Notes under the pieces: model-generated
Databases searched by the model: none
Seen by the model: the letters and a program-made list of their open reading frames with translations, nothing else
What the model was told of the DNA's origin: nothing
Program-made: the position numbers and the translations under genes
Assembly: GCA_044229975.1 (NCBI GenBank)
Contig: JBGARZ010000022.1
Span: forward strand, 89,537 to 153,536
Length of the DNA stretch: 64,000 bases
Direction of reading: 5' to 3'
From: Polyangiales bacterium
Lineage (GTDB): Bacteria > Myxococcota_A > Polyangia > Polyangiales > Ga0077539
Shown here: in pieces, positions 1-8,982 of the stretch
Layout of the letters: each line of letters opens with the position of its first letter
How positions within the stretch are numbered: position 1 is the stretch's first letter

Positions 1-2
1 CG

Positions 3-599
3 GTGTTGACGGAGGTGACCGCGACGTCGGCGGAGACGAAGGTGGGCGAGTCGCGCTCGTCGGTGCTGCGGCTGGCGTGGAAGGTGGAGAACCCCGACAA
101 CGACGGGCTGCGCTACCGCTTGTTCTTCCGTGGTGATGGCGACGCGACGTGGCGCGGGCTGTTGCGCAACCAGGAGTGGCTGACGGGGACGAGCTACGAC
201 TGGTCGACGGAGGGTCTCGCCGAGGGCTGGTACCGCGTGGAGGTCGACGCGTCGGACGAGGCGGCCAACCCCGACGACGCGGTGACGCGCGACGTGCGGG
301 CGAGCGAGCCGGTGCTGGTCGACAACACGGCGCCGACGGTGAGCGCGCGGGTGACGGGCGAGCGGGTCAGCGGCGAAGCCGAGGACGGCGCGAGCGTGGT
401 GCTGCGCGTCGAGGCGAGCGTCGATGGCGGCGAGTGGCGCGCGCTGCGGGCGGATGACGGTGTGCTCGACGAGCGGCGTGAGGTGTTCGGGGGCTTGCTC
501 CCGAGCGGCGGTGCGCGGGCGGGTGAGCACGTGCTGTCGGTGCGCGCGACGGACGAAGCGGGCAACGTGGGGGTGGCGAGCGTGCGGTACCGGCGGTGA
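3..599 (+). CDS. C-terminal part of a large secreted protein with FN3/Ig-like beta-sandwich domains (5' end outside window)
   Basis: Open frame from the window edge to TGA at 597-599. Motifs such as LAWKVENPDNDGLRYRL, GWYRVEVDASD, VDNTAPTV and VRATDEAGNVG are typical of Ig/FN3 modules. Confidence 0.6.
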   Translation: MLTEVTATSAETKVGESRSSVLRLAWKVENPDNDGLRYRLFFRGDGDATWRGLLRNQEWLTGTSYDWSTEGLAEGWYRVEVDASDEAANPDDAVTRDVRASEPVLVDNTAPTVSARVTGERVSGEAEDGASVVLRVEASVDGGEWRALRADDGVLDERREVFGGLLPSGGARAGEHVLSVRATDEAGNVGVASVRYRR

Positions 600-632
600 T
601 GGTTGTGTGCAGTCTGCGCGTGCCCGGCTGCG

Positions 633-750
633 GCGGGTTGAAACCCACGGCAGCCAAGGTGAAGCCCGCGAGGCGGGCTGCTCACAGGACCTGGACATCG
701 GGCAGCCCGCTTTGCGGGCTTCACCTTGGCTGCCGTGGGTTTCAACCCGC
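633..750. repeat. REP-doublet-like long inverted repeat
   Basis: 633-669 GCGGGTTGAAACCCACGGCAGCCAAGGTGAAGCCCGC is the exact reverse complement of 714-750 (37 bp). Arms extend imperfectly to 681/702, and each arm contains its own short hairpins. Confidence 0.85.
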
Positions 751-767
751 GGCAGCAGGCGGGCGCA

Positions 768-1643
768 GTGGAACGCACTGACTCACAAAGGCTCACCGGG
801 CAGGTGGCGCTGGTAACGGGCGGCGGTCGCGGCATCGGTCGCGCGTCGGCGCTGGCGCTGGCGGCGGACGGTGCGCGCGTGGTCATCGCCGACACCGGGT
901 GCTCACGCGAGGGCGAAGGGCTCGATGCGAGCGTGGCCGAGGCCGTCGCGCAGGAGGTGCGAGACGCGGGCGGCGAGGCCGTGGCGACGAGCGTCGACGT
1001 GAGCACCGAGGCGGGTGCGCAGGCGGCGGTGGCGCGGGCCGTCGAGGCGTTTGGTGGGCTCGACGTGCTGGTGGCGTGCGCCGGCGTGACGCGCGATCGC
1101 ACCTTCCTCAAGGCGACGGCCGACGACCTCGACGCGGTGTGGGCCGTGGGTGCGCGCGGGATGTTCGTGGCCGCGCAGGCGGCGGCGCGGCGGATGATCG
1201 CGCAGAAGCGCGGCGGTCGCATCGTGACGGTGACGTCGACGGCGGGGCTCTACGGCGTGCTCGGTCAGGGCGCGGGCGCAGCGACGGCGGCGGCGGCCTA
1301 CGGGCTCACGCGGGTGATGGCCATCGAGCTGAAGAAGCACGCGATCAGGGTCAACGCCATCGCCCCGGTGGCGCGCACACGGATGACCGAAGACCTTCCG
1401 ATGTTCGCGAGCGGGGGACTGTCCGAGGCGACCTACGGGGCGGGCTTCGTGGCGCCGGCGGTGGTGTTTCTGGCGAGCACGGCGAGCGGCGAGATGAGCG
1501 GCGAGGTGCTGAGCGTCGCGGGCACCAAGGTGTCGCGCTACCGGGTGCAGGAGAGCGTCGGCGCGGTGGCGGACGACCCGCGAACGCCGTGGAGCGTGGA
1601 CGAGCTCGCCGCGCGCTGGGCGGCGTTTTCGCGATGGGGGTGA
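768..1643 (+). CDS. SDR family protein (MFE2/hydroxyacyl-CoA dehydrogenase-like) lacking the catalytic YxxxK
   Basis: TGGGRGIG Rossmann motif, CAG in place of NAG, and RVNAIAP. The region expected to read GQxNYxAAK reads GQGAGAATA. GTG start at 768 lies just after the palindrome. Confidence 0.85.
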   Translation: MERTDSQRLTGQVALVTGGGRGIGRASALALAADGARVVIADTGCSREGEGLDASVAEAVAQEVRDAGGEAVATSVDVSTEAGAQAAVARAVEAFGGLDVLVACAGVTRDRTFLKATADDLDAVWAVGARGMFVAAQAAARRMIAQKRGGRIVTVTSTAGLYGVLGQGAGAATAAAAYGLTRVMAIELKKHAIRVNAIAPVARTRMTEDLPMFASGGLSEATYGAGFVAPAVVFLASTASGEMSGEVLSVAGTKVSRYRVQESVGAVADDPRTPWSVDELAARWAAFSRWG

Positions 1644-1683
1644 TCGGGAGGGTTGGAAGGGCAGGCGACGAGGCGGGTGGGGA

Positions 1684-1851
1684 CTACAGGTCGATGATGG
1701 TCACGCCGCGGTCGTCGTCGTCACGGCGCACGGGTGGGTTGTAGTTTGGGGTCACCACGGGGATGGGCAGCTCAAGCTGGGGCTGCTCATAGCGATGCCG
1801 CTGGGAGTTCTCCCGGCGCCGGATCTCTTCGATGATGAACGGAGGCAGCAT
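1684..1851 (-). CDS. Small protein (55 aa), not in the ORF track
   Basis: Translated by hand: MLPPFIIEEIRRRENSQRHRYEQPQLELPIPVVTPNYNPPVRRDDDDRGVTIIDL*. GGAGG lies about 9 nt upstream of the ATG, and codons are GC3-rich. Confidence 0.75.
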   Translation of the reverse strand: MLPPFIIEEIRRRENSQRHRYEQPQLELPIPVVTPNYNPPVRRDDDDRGVTIIDL

Positions 1852-1981
1852 CGCAGGAACCTCCCAGACGCGATGGGCAATCGCGTCAACTCGGAGACAG
1901 GCTACGGAACCTTCTACACTCTAGAGGTTCTCATCGGCGACTATAGCAATCAAGCTAGGGTGATCAAGAGAGCGGTCGAAC

Positions 1982-3241
1982 GTGGGGTGTCCTGAAGTGG
2001 CTCATCGAATTCTGGTCGGGTGTCTGACCACTCTCGCCCTCAATCTCGTACCTGTCAGCGCGTCCGCCATCCCCGACTATGACCCCCAGTCGCGCATCTG
2101 GAGCGGCACCTCCGAGCTCGTCCGCATCGCCGCCGAGGCCGAGGTCGAGCTCCGGCCCACCACCACCCTCGACTGGTCGCAGCTCCCCCGCGGCGGCGCC
2201 CTCCTCGTGCTCCACCCCCGCAACAGCCTCGGGCTCGCCGACGTCTCGGCCTTCCTCGATGACGGCGGCCGCGTCGCCTGGCTCGACGACTTCGGCGCCT
2301 CCGAGGAGTTCTGGCGGTGGTTCCAGTTTCATTCGGAGCCGGTGCACGACGGCATCCCTCGCTCGCCCGCGCTCCCCGAGCTGCTCATCGCCCGCCCCCG
2401 CATCGCCCACGGCCTCACCGAGAACGTCGACGCCCTCATCACCAACCTCCCGGTCGCCCTTTCGCACCCGCGCCTCCGCCCCGTCTTCGACTTCGCCGGG
2501 AGCGAGCAGGGGATGCTCCTGGTCGGGCAGATCCACGCGGGCAAGCTGGTCGTCGGCGGTGACCCGAGCATCCTCATCAACACGATGATGCGCTTCCCGG
2601 GCAACCGGCAGTTCGCGCACAACCTCCTCTCCTTCCTCGGCGGTCGGCCCGGCGGGCGGGTCACCATGGTGTGGGGCGACGTTCGCGTCCGCGGTCAGTG
2701 GCAGGGCCGCACGCGCGCCCGCACCCGTCGTCGCGAGGCCGTCAACACCCTCAACACCGCCTTCCGATCGCTGTCCGACTCGCTCTCGCCCGCCGCGGTG
2801 CTCCGGCCGCTCGCGGCCCTCATCGCCCTCGCCGTCGCGTGCGTCGTCGGCGCCCTCACCTGGGGTCGCCGCCCGAGCGAGCGCTACGGCCCGCGCGGTC
2901 CGGTCGGCGCCACGGCGGGGGTCACCGAGCGCGTCGCCATCTTCTCCTCGGCGCACGTCAACCTCCTGCTGCCGGCGCTCGTCGCCCGAACGCTCCTCGA
3001 AGGCGCCCTCCTGCGAGCCGTCGGTCTGAAGCCGCCGACGGACGTGCGGGCCGTGCTCGACCGGCTCTCGACCCGGCTGTCACCGGCGCAGCGCGACGAC
3101 GTGCGGGCCGTGCTCACCGAACTCGACGTCGTGGCCAGCAGCGCGGAGGACGGCGGGCGGGTCAAGGTGAGCCCCGCGGCCTTCGTCGCGCTCTGGCGGC
3201 GCATCGCGGGGGTGCTGCGGAGCGTCGATGGCGCCCCGTAG
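1982..3241 (+). CDS. DUF4350-like exported/membrane protein (MoxR-associated)
   Basis: Signal peptide, GATase-like core (FLDDGGRVAWLDD; GKLVVGGDPSILINTMM), a C-terminal TM helix, and position directly upstream of MoxR. Exact start is uncertain. Confidence 0.7.
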   Translation: MGCPEVAHRILVGCLTTLALNLVPVSASAIPDYDPQSRIWSGTSELVRIAAEAEVELRPTTTLDWSQLPRGGALLVLHPRNSLGLADVSAFLDDGGRVAWLDDFGASEEFWRWFQFHSEPVHDGIPRSPALPELLIARPRIAHGLTENVDALITNLPVALSHPRLRPVFDFAGSEQGMLLVGQIHAGKLVVGGDPSILINTMMRFPGNRQFAHNLLSFLGGRPGGRVTMVWGDVRVRGQWQGRTRARTRRREAVNTLNTAFRSLSDSLSPAAVLRPLAALIALAVACVVGALTWGRRPSERYGPRGPVGATAGVTERVAIFSSAHVNLLLPALVARTLLEGALLRAVGLKPPTDVRAVLDRLSTRLSPAQRDDVRAVLTELDVVASSAEDGGRVKVSPAAFVALWRRIAGVLRSVDGAP

Positions 3242-3319
3242 CCGTCGCAAAAGCGTTCGCGGGTCGACGGCCGATGGTGCCATCCTCCGCCTCCTCCCGA
3301 GCAACCCCGAGAACCCTTC

Positions 3320-4339
3320 ATGAACGACGTCGTCCCCACCGGCCTCCGGCCCGAGGTGTTGTCCCAGGCGCAGGCGCTCACCCGCGCCGTGCTCGACGAG
3401 GTGGGCCGCGCCTACGTGGGCCACCCCGACATCCCCGAGCGCATCCTGGCCGCCCTCCTCGCGCGCGGTCACTGCCTCCTCGAAGGCGTCCCGGGCGTCG
3501 CCAAGACCACCCTCATCAAGGCCTTCGCGGCGGCGATGGGCGGGTCGTTCAAGCGTATCCAGTTCACGCCCGACCTGCTGCCGAGCGACATCACGGGGAC
3601 GTACGTGCTCTCCCCCCGCGACGGCACCTTTTCGCTGCGCCGCGGGCCCATCTTCGCGCACGTCGTGCTCGGCGACGAGATCAACCGCGCGCCCGCCAAG
3701 ACCCAGAGCGCGCTCCTCGAAGCCATGCAGGAGCGCCAGGTCACCATCGACGGAGAGACCCACCCGCTGGCCGAGCCCTTCTTCGTGCTCGCCACGCAGA
3801 ACCCTCTCGAACAAGAGGGCACCTACCCCCTGCCCGAGGCCCAGGTCGACCGCTTTCTCCTCCGCGTCGTGGTGCCGTATCCGTCGACCGAGGACGAGAT
3901 CCGTGTGCTGCGCGCCTACTCGGCCAAGGCCCCCGTCGTGCGCGGTGTGGTGTCCCTCGACAACGTGCTCTGGCTCCAGTCCGTCGCCGACGCCGTACAC
4001 GTCGACGAGGAGATCTACGCCTACGCCGTCGCCCTCGCGGGCTACACCCGAACGCACCCCAAGGTCGCCCTCGGCGCCTCGCCCCGCGCCTCGCTCGGCC
4101 TGGTCCTCGCCGCGCGCGCCGTCGCGCTGATGGAGGGTCGCGGGTTCGTTCTTCCCGATGACGTGAAGCGCGTGGCGCAGCCCGTGATGGCGCACCGCAT
4201 CCTGCTCGGCGCCGAGGCCGAGTCCGAGGGCGCCTCGCCCGCGGCGCTGGTGGAGGAGGCGTTGGGGAGGGTTCCGTATCGGCGCCTCGATGCGCGCGAC
4301 GCGGCCGCGACGCACGGCCGCGCAGTGGCCGGACGCTGA
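3320..4339 (+). CDS. moxR: MoxR family AAA+ ATPase
   Basis: GVPGVAKT Walker [61 protein letters not shown]. Confidence 0.95.
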   Translation: MNDVVPTGLRPEVLSQAQALTRAVLDEVGRAYVGHPDIPERILAALLARGHCLLEGVPGVAKTTLIKAFAAAMGGSFKRIQFTPDLLPSDITGTYVLSPRDGTFSLRRGPIFAHVVLGDEINRAPAKTQSALLEAMQERQVTIDGETHPLAEPFFVLATQNPLEQEGTYPLPEAQVDRFLLRVVVPYPSTEDEIRVLRAYSAKAPVVRGVVSLDNVLWLQSVADAVHVDEEIYAYAVALAGYTRTHPKVALGASPRASLGLVLAARAVALMEGRGFVLPDDVKRVAQPVMAHRILLGAEAESEGASPAALVEEALGRVPYRRLDARDAAATHGRAVAGR

Positions 4340-4346
4340 CGGGTCG

Positions 4347-5963
4347 ATGCCGTCGCTGAGCTACAGCGGACGGGTGATTCTCGCGGGCGCGGGGGCCATG
4401 GCCCTCGGCGGTGTGCTCGCCGGAGTCGCGCCGCTCGCGCTCGCGGGCAGCGCCGCAGTGACGGGGGTCGCGCTCGCGTGGGTCATCGCCTCGCCGATGC
4501 CGCGGCGCATGCGCCGGACGCGGTTGGAGTTCTCATGGTGGGTGCTCGCCCACGAAGACGGACCGCGACGACCCGACGAGCCCGTCTCGGTGCGCGTGGT
4601 GCTGCGCAACCCGACGAGCGAGGCGCTCTTGCTCTCGACGCCGCGCCTGGCGTTGTCAGCGGGCGTTCGGTACACGCGGCACAAGGGCGCGCGCATCGAG
4701 GTGGGTCCGCATCAAGCCGTGACCTTCGACCTCCAGGTGCGCCCGAGCTACGCGGGGCGGCACGTGCTGCATGGCGCGTGGATGACCCTCGGAGGGCCGC
4801 TCGGTCTCGCGTGGGTGCCCTTGTACTTCCCCAACCCGTTGGTGCTCGAAGTGGCGCCGCGCGGGTTCTCCACCCGGCCGATGACGACCACGCTACGCAC
4901 CACGACGGCGAGCGCGCGGGCGGGTCGGAGCGTGCGGCGCGCGGGCGAGGGCCCCGAGCTGCGGGAGCTGCGGGAGCATCGGCCGGGTGATCCGTTTCGG
5001 CGCATCGCGTGGGGGCCGAGCGCGCGGCGCGGGCGGCTGCTGGTGCGCGAGACCGAGGACGAGTCGCAGACCACGCGGGTGCTGGTGGTGGACGCGTCGG
5101 CGACGATGCGCGGCGACGAGCGGGGCAGGGCGCGCATCGACCACGCCATCGAACTGGTGGCGCAGGCGGCGCGGGCGAGCGCGAGCACGGGCGATCGGTT
5201 GGGGCTGGTGGCCTTCGATCGGCGGGTGGTGCTGCGGGTCGACGCGGGCGACGGGGCGGCGCACCTGCGCTCGCTGGTGGCATCGGCGGTGGAGCTGCGC
5301 TCGGTGGTGGACGAGGACCTCACCGACGTCGACGACGACGCGCTGGTGGAGACCGTGGCGCGCTATTTCCGGGAGCAGGAGGGCGTCGACGCGATGCGCG
5401 GCAACACCGGCTACGAGGCGCGGGTGACGCTGCTGCGGTGGATCGAGCGAGCCACCGGCGACGACGCCGCCATGCGGCTGCCGGTGAAGGCGAGCGACCC
5501 GGTGGGGCGAACGCTGCGGGCGTTCTGTCGGGCGCGGGCGATCGCGCTGCCGATGCGCCACGACCCGAGCGGGGCGGCGAAGAGCATCGGGCTGCTGCAC
5601 GCGCTGGGCGTCGCGGGGCAGGGGGCGCGTGAGGCGCGCACGGTGATGGTGCTGAGCGACCTCGACTCGCTCGCGGCGACCGACGAGCTGCGTCGCGCGG
5701 TCGGGATGCTGCGCAAGGCGAGGCACCGGGTGAGCGTGGTGGCGCTGGCGGGCGAGCGCTTCGTGGGGGCGGCTCCGTCGGGGCTGTCGAAGGACGAGCT
5801 CGCGGCGCGGCAGGCGGTGGAGGGCGTGTTTCTGGAAGAGGAGCGCGCGCGCCTGGCGAAGCACCGGGCGTGGCTGGCGAGCGCGGGGGTTCCGCTGCTG
5901 GTGGCGACGGGGGCGGAGCCGATGGTTCACTGGCTCAAGCGCGCGGCGGCGCCGCGGGTGTAG
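4347..5963 (+). CDS. DUF58 domain (vWA-like) protein
   Basis: N-terminal TM segments, ELRELREHRPGDPFRRIAW, MIDAS-like VDASATM and VLSD; follows moxR. Confidence 0.9.
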   Translation: MPSLSYSGRVILAGAGAMALGGVLAGVAPLALAGSAAVTGVALAWVIASPMPRRMRRTRLEFSWWVLAHEDGPRRPDEPVSVRVVLRNPTSEALLLSTPRLALSAGVRYTRHKGARIEVGPHQAVTFDLQVRPSYAGRHVLHGAWMTLGGPLGLAWVPLYFPNPLVLEVAPRGFSTRPMTTTLRTTTASARAGRSVRRAGEGPELRELREHRPGDPFRRIAWGPSARRGRLLVRETEDESQTTRVLVVDASATMRGDERGRARIDHAIELVAQAARASASTGDRLGLVAFDRRVVLRVDAGDGAAHLRSLVASAVELRSVVDEDLTDVDDDALVETVARYFREQEGVDAMRGNTGYEARVTLLRWIERATGDDAAMRLPVKASDPVGRTLRAFCRARAIALPMRHDPSGAAKSIGLLHALGVAGQGAREARTVMVLSDLDSLAATDELRRAVGMLRKARHRVSVVALAGERFVGAAPSGLSKDELAARQAVEGVFLEEERARLAKHRAWLASAGVPLLVATGAEPMVHWLKRAAAPRV

Positions 5964-5975
5964 CGGGAGGCGACG

Positions 5976-7127
5976 ATGTTGGCTGCGGTGGTGCTGGCGC
6001 AGTTGTGTACGGTGGTTCCGGCGGGGGGCGTGGTGGTGACGGAGGGGCGGGGCGGGCACGGGGCCGTGCTCGCGGCGCATGCGGGCGGGGTGGTGGTGGG
6101 GTGGCAGGAGACGGGCGCGCGGCCCAGCGGAACCCAGGGAGGGCCGCCCGACTGGCGACCGACGGCGGCGTACTCGCGCGAGCTCGACGGCACGACGATG
6201 ACGCCGCGCGCGGCGGCAAGAGAGGTCACGCGGGAGGAGGAGTCCTACGCGCACCTGGGCATGTTGGCGGCGTCGCCGTCGCCCGCGGGAGACGGCGCGG
6301 GCATCGCGTGGTGCCAGTGCTTTGGTGGCACCGGCAACATCGCGTGCGAGTCGACAGCCTTCGGGAACTTTCCGGCGGTCACGGCGAGGCACACGGGCGG
6401 TGGTTGCAGCAGCGCGACGGCGCTGGGGACGGCGGGCGCGGGGTCGGTGTTTGCGTTCACGGACGCGGCGACGGTGGCGCTGGTGGGGAGCCGCACAGGG
6501 CGTGAGCACGGCACCCGCGAAGGTGCGACGGCCGACCGGATGGCCATCGCGCGGGCCGACGGCGATCGCGCGGTGCTGGTGTGGCGCTCGGGGGACGGAT
6601 CGAGCGAGGCCGGGACGTTGCACATTGAGGGTGTGGTGCTCGATGGGGACGCGCGGCCGTCGTCGCAGAGCGTGAGCCTGGGTGGGGCGCCCGATCGGGT
6701 GGGTGCTCCCGCGGTGGCGTGGGTGGGCGGTGCGGCACTGGTGACGTTCGCGCGGGCGGCGACGGCGACGGCCCCGTGGCAGCTCGCGCTGGCGACGTGG
6801 ACGCCAGGGCGCAGGCACGCGGTGGCGGCGCTGGCGACGGGGCAGGCGCCGGCGGTGGCGCCGTCGATCGTGGCGTCACGGACGGCGGGCTGCGCGGTGG
6901 TGTCGTGGACGGAGGGGCGCGGTCGCGGGACGGTCGTGCGCGCGGGGCGGGTGTGCAACGGGGCGCTCGATCGGGCGACGGTCGCGCAGGTGTCGCAGGC
7001 GGGCGTCGAGGCGGGTGACAGCGAGCTCGCGACGGACGGGCGGCACACGTACGTCGTGTGGCAGGAGATACCGAGCGGGCGCGGCGTGCGGGAGGAGCTG
7101 CGGGTGGGGCGACTGGCCTGCGAGTAG
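5976..7127 (+). CDS. Hypothetical secreted protein (probable beta-propeller)
   Basis: 383-aa ORF with GGGAGG RBS, hydrophobic N-terminus, and repeated V-V-W strands. Confidence 0.6.
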   Translation: MLAAVVLAQLCTVVPAGGVVVTEGRGGHGAVLAAHAGGVVVGWQETGARPSGTQGGPPDWRPTAAYSRELDGTTMTPRAAAREVTREEESYAHLGMLAASPSPAGDGAGIAWCQCFGGTGNIACESTAFGNFPAVTARHTGGGCSSATALGTAGAGSVFAFTDAATVALVGSRTGREHGTREGATADRMAIARADGDRAVLVWRSGDGSSEAGTLHIEGVVLDGDARPSSQSVSLGGAPDRVGAPAVAWVGGAALVTFARAATATAPWQLALATWTPGRRHAVAALATGQAPAVAPSIVASRTAGCAVVSWTEGRGRGTVVRAGRVCNGALDRATVAQVSQAGVEAGDSELATDGRHTYVVWQEIPSGRGVREELRVGRLACE

Positions 7128-7134
7128 GACGCGA

Positions 7135-7266
7135 GAGGTCAGCGGGAGAAACCCGGGAGGTCAGCGGGAGAAACCCGGGAGGTCAGCGGGAGAAACCCGG
7201 GAGGTCAGCGGGAGAAACCTGGGAGGTCAGCGGGAGAAACCTGGGAGGCCAGCGGGTGGAACCCGT
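7135..7266. repeat. 22-bp tandem repeat, 6 copies
   Basis: GAGGTCAGCGGGAGAAACCCGG x3, then two copies ending AAACCTGG, then one degenerate copy GAGGCCAGCGGGTGGAACCCGT. No spacers; lies between convergent genes. Confidence 0.95.
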
Positions 7267-7316
7267 GAACGACGCGGGGGCTGAGCGTTGCCTCTTCGGT
7301 GCGGTCGCACTGATCG

Positions 7317-8972
7317 CTACGACGACGGCACCCCGTTGCGTAGCCAGTTGGCGCGCCCGGTCGGCCACTGCACGCAGTTGGTCGCCGAGCCCGGCACCGT
7401 GAACACCAGCGCCTCGTCGCCGTCGTCATCCTTCATGCTCACCACGATCTCCAGCGCCCCGTCGCCATCGACGTCGCCCACCGTCGGGACCGCCATCGCC
7501 CCGCGCCCCGGCAGCGCCACCCGCTGCTGCATCGCGCCGTCCGCGCCCAGCACCAGCAGCGCGTGTCCGCTCGATTGTGTTCCGTACGTCGCGAGGATCA
7601 CCTCGGGCCGCCCGTCGCCCGACAGGTCGGCCACCGCCACGCCCGCGGTCAGCACCCGTGCATCCGTCGTGTACGCGTAGCTCCAGCGCTCGCGTCGATC
7701 GCTGCCCACGCAGTGCACCCGCCCGTCGTAGCCCGCAAACACCAGCTCGGGTCCCGCCGCGGCCGGGTCGAGCTCCGCCGCGCTCACCTGGTTGGTCAGC
7801 CCCACGATGTTGTCGCCCAGGTCTTCGAGGCCCGCGAGGTACGTCGGGACGTGCAGCGGCTCCTGCCAGGCCGCCGGGCGCGTCCCGTCCGCATGAATCG
7901 CCCACAGCGCCACGCCGCGCCGCCGGTCGTCCTGCGAGGCGTTCTGCACCGAGGCCACCATCACGATCTCGGGGCGCCCGTCGCCGTCCACGTCCGCGAG
8001 CGTCGGTGGCGTGTTGGTGAAGTGCGCCTGGTTCGATGTCGACTCGCGCTCCGAGTAGCCCTGCCGGGCCTCGGCCATGTCGTGCAGAAACCTCACGCCG
8101 GGCGAGCGCGTCACCCGTGGAAACGTCGCCACCCGAAACGCCTCGCCCGACCCGCGGTGCCAGGACACGTACGCGTTGTCCATCGGCGCGATCACGTCCA
8201 TCGCGCGGTCGTCGTCGAGGTAGCCCACCGCGAGGGTCTGATCGAAGCCGCCCGTCACGTAGCAGACCTCGTCGCAGCCCGACGCACCGCTCGTGTTGGG
8301 CGGATACCCCGCCATCGTGCTGCCGTCGCCGTGCCACGCCATCAACAGGTCGCGCGCCGATCCGCTGCGCAGCGTTTCCGTCGACGCCGTCACGATCTCC
8401 GGTCGCCCGTCGCCGTCGAGGTCGCCGCCCGCGAGGCTCCGCAGCTCCTCGCGCCACCGCACCGGAAAGCCACCCGCCGCGCTCCCGCTCGCGCTGAACA
8501 TCGCCACGCCGTCGCCCGCCGCTGCGACCACCTCCAGCGACGCGTCGCCCGCGAAGTCGCCGACGAGTGGTGACGCCCACACCCGCGCGCGGCCGTTGAC
8601 GGCGGCGGTCCAGCGAGTGGTTCCGTCGGCGGCCCACACGACGACACGGGGACCGCGCGCGGCGACGATCTCCATGCGCCCGTCGCGGTCGAGGTCGACG
8701 ATGGCGGGCGACCCCAGCCACCCTTCGCCGCCCATCGCTCGCAGCGCGCGCACCCGCGTGGGTGCCATCGCCGTCGCACGCCCCGCGGAGGCGGCTCGGC
8801 ACGCCGGCATCACGGGCGTCGGCGCCGGACCATCGGGCACATGCGGGACGTCGACGACGGGCCGCGGGTTATCGAGCGGGATGATCGAGGCGTCGCCTGC
8901 TGTGTTGTTGACCGCGGGGTCACAGGCGGCGACGAGGGCGAGAGCGGCGATGAGCGACCGTGGGGCCATCAT
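7317..8972 (-). CDS. FG-GAP/VCBS repeat lipoprotein
   Basis: Lipobox LVAAC and repeated DLDRDG, DLDGDG, DVDGDG, DLSGDG calcium-blade motifs. Confidence 0.85.
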   Translation of the reverse strand: MMAPRSLIAALALVAACDPAVNNTAGDASIIPLDNPRPVVDVPHVPDGPAPTPVMPACRAASAGRATAMAPTRVRALRAMGGEGWLGSPAIVDLDRDGRMEIVAARGPRVVVWAADGTTRWTAAVNGRARVWASPLVGDFAGDASLEVVAAAGDGVAMFSASGSAAGGFPVRWREELRSLAGGDLDGDGRPEIVTASTETLRSGSARDLLMAWHGDGSTMAGYPPNTSGASGCDEVCYVTGGFDQTLAVGYLDDDRAMDVIAPMDNAYVSWHRGSGEAFRVATFPRVTRSPGVRFLHDMAEARQGYSERESTSNQAHFTNTPPTLADVDGDGRPEIVMVASVQNASQDDRRRGVALWAIHADGTRPAAWQEPLHVPTYLAGLEDLGDNIVGLTNQVSAAELDPAAAGPELVFAGYDGRVHCVGSDRRERWSYAYTTDARVLTAGVAVADLSGDGRPEVILATYGTQSSGHALLVLGADGAMQQRVALPGRGAMAVPTVGDVDGDGALEIVVSMKDDDGDEALVFTVPGSATNCVQWPTGRANWLRNGVPSS

Positions 8973-8982
8973 CGCGAGGGTA

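Noticed and set aside
596..781. Short ORFs across the palindrome
   Set aside because: The same peptide appears on both strands only because of the inverted repeat.
7135..7266. CRISPR array
   Set aside because: The 22-bp units abut with no unique spacers, and there are no cas genes in the window.
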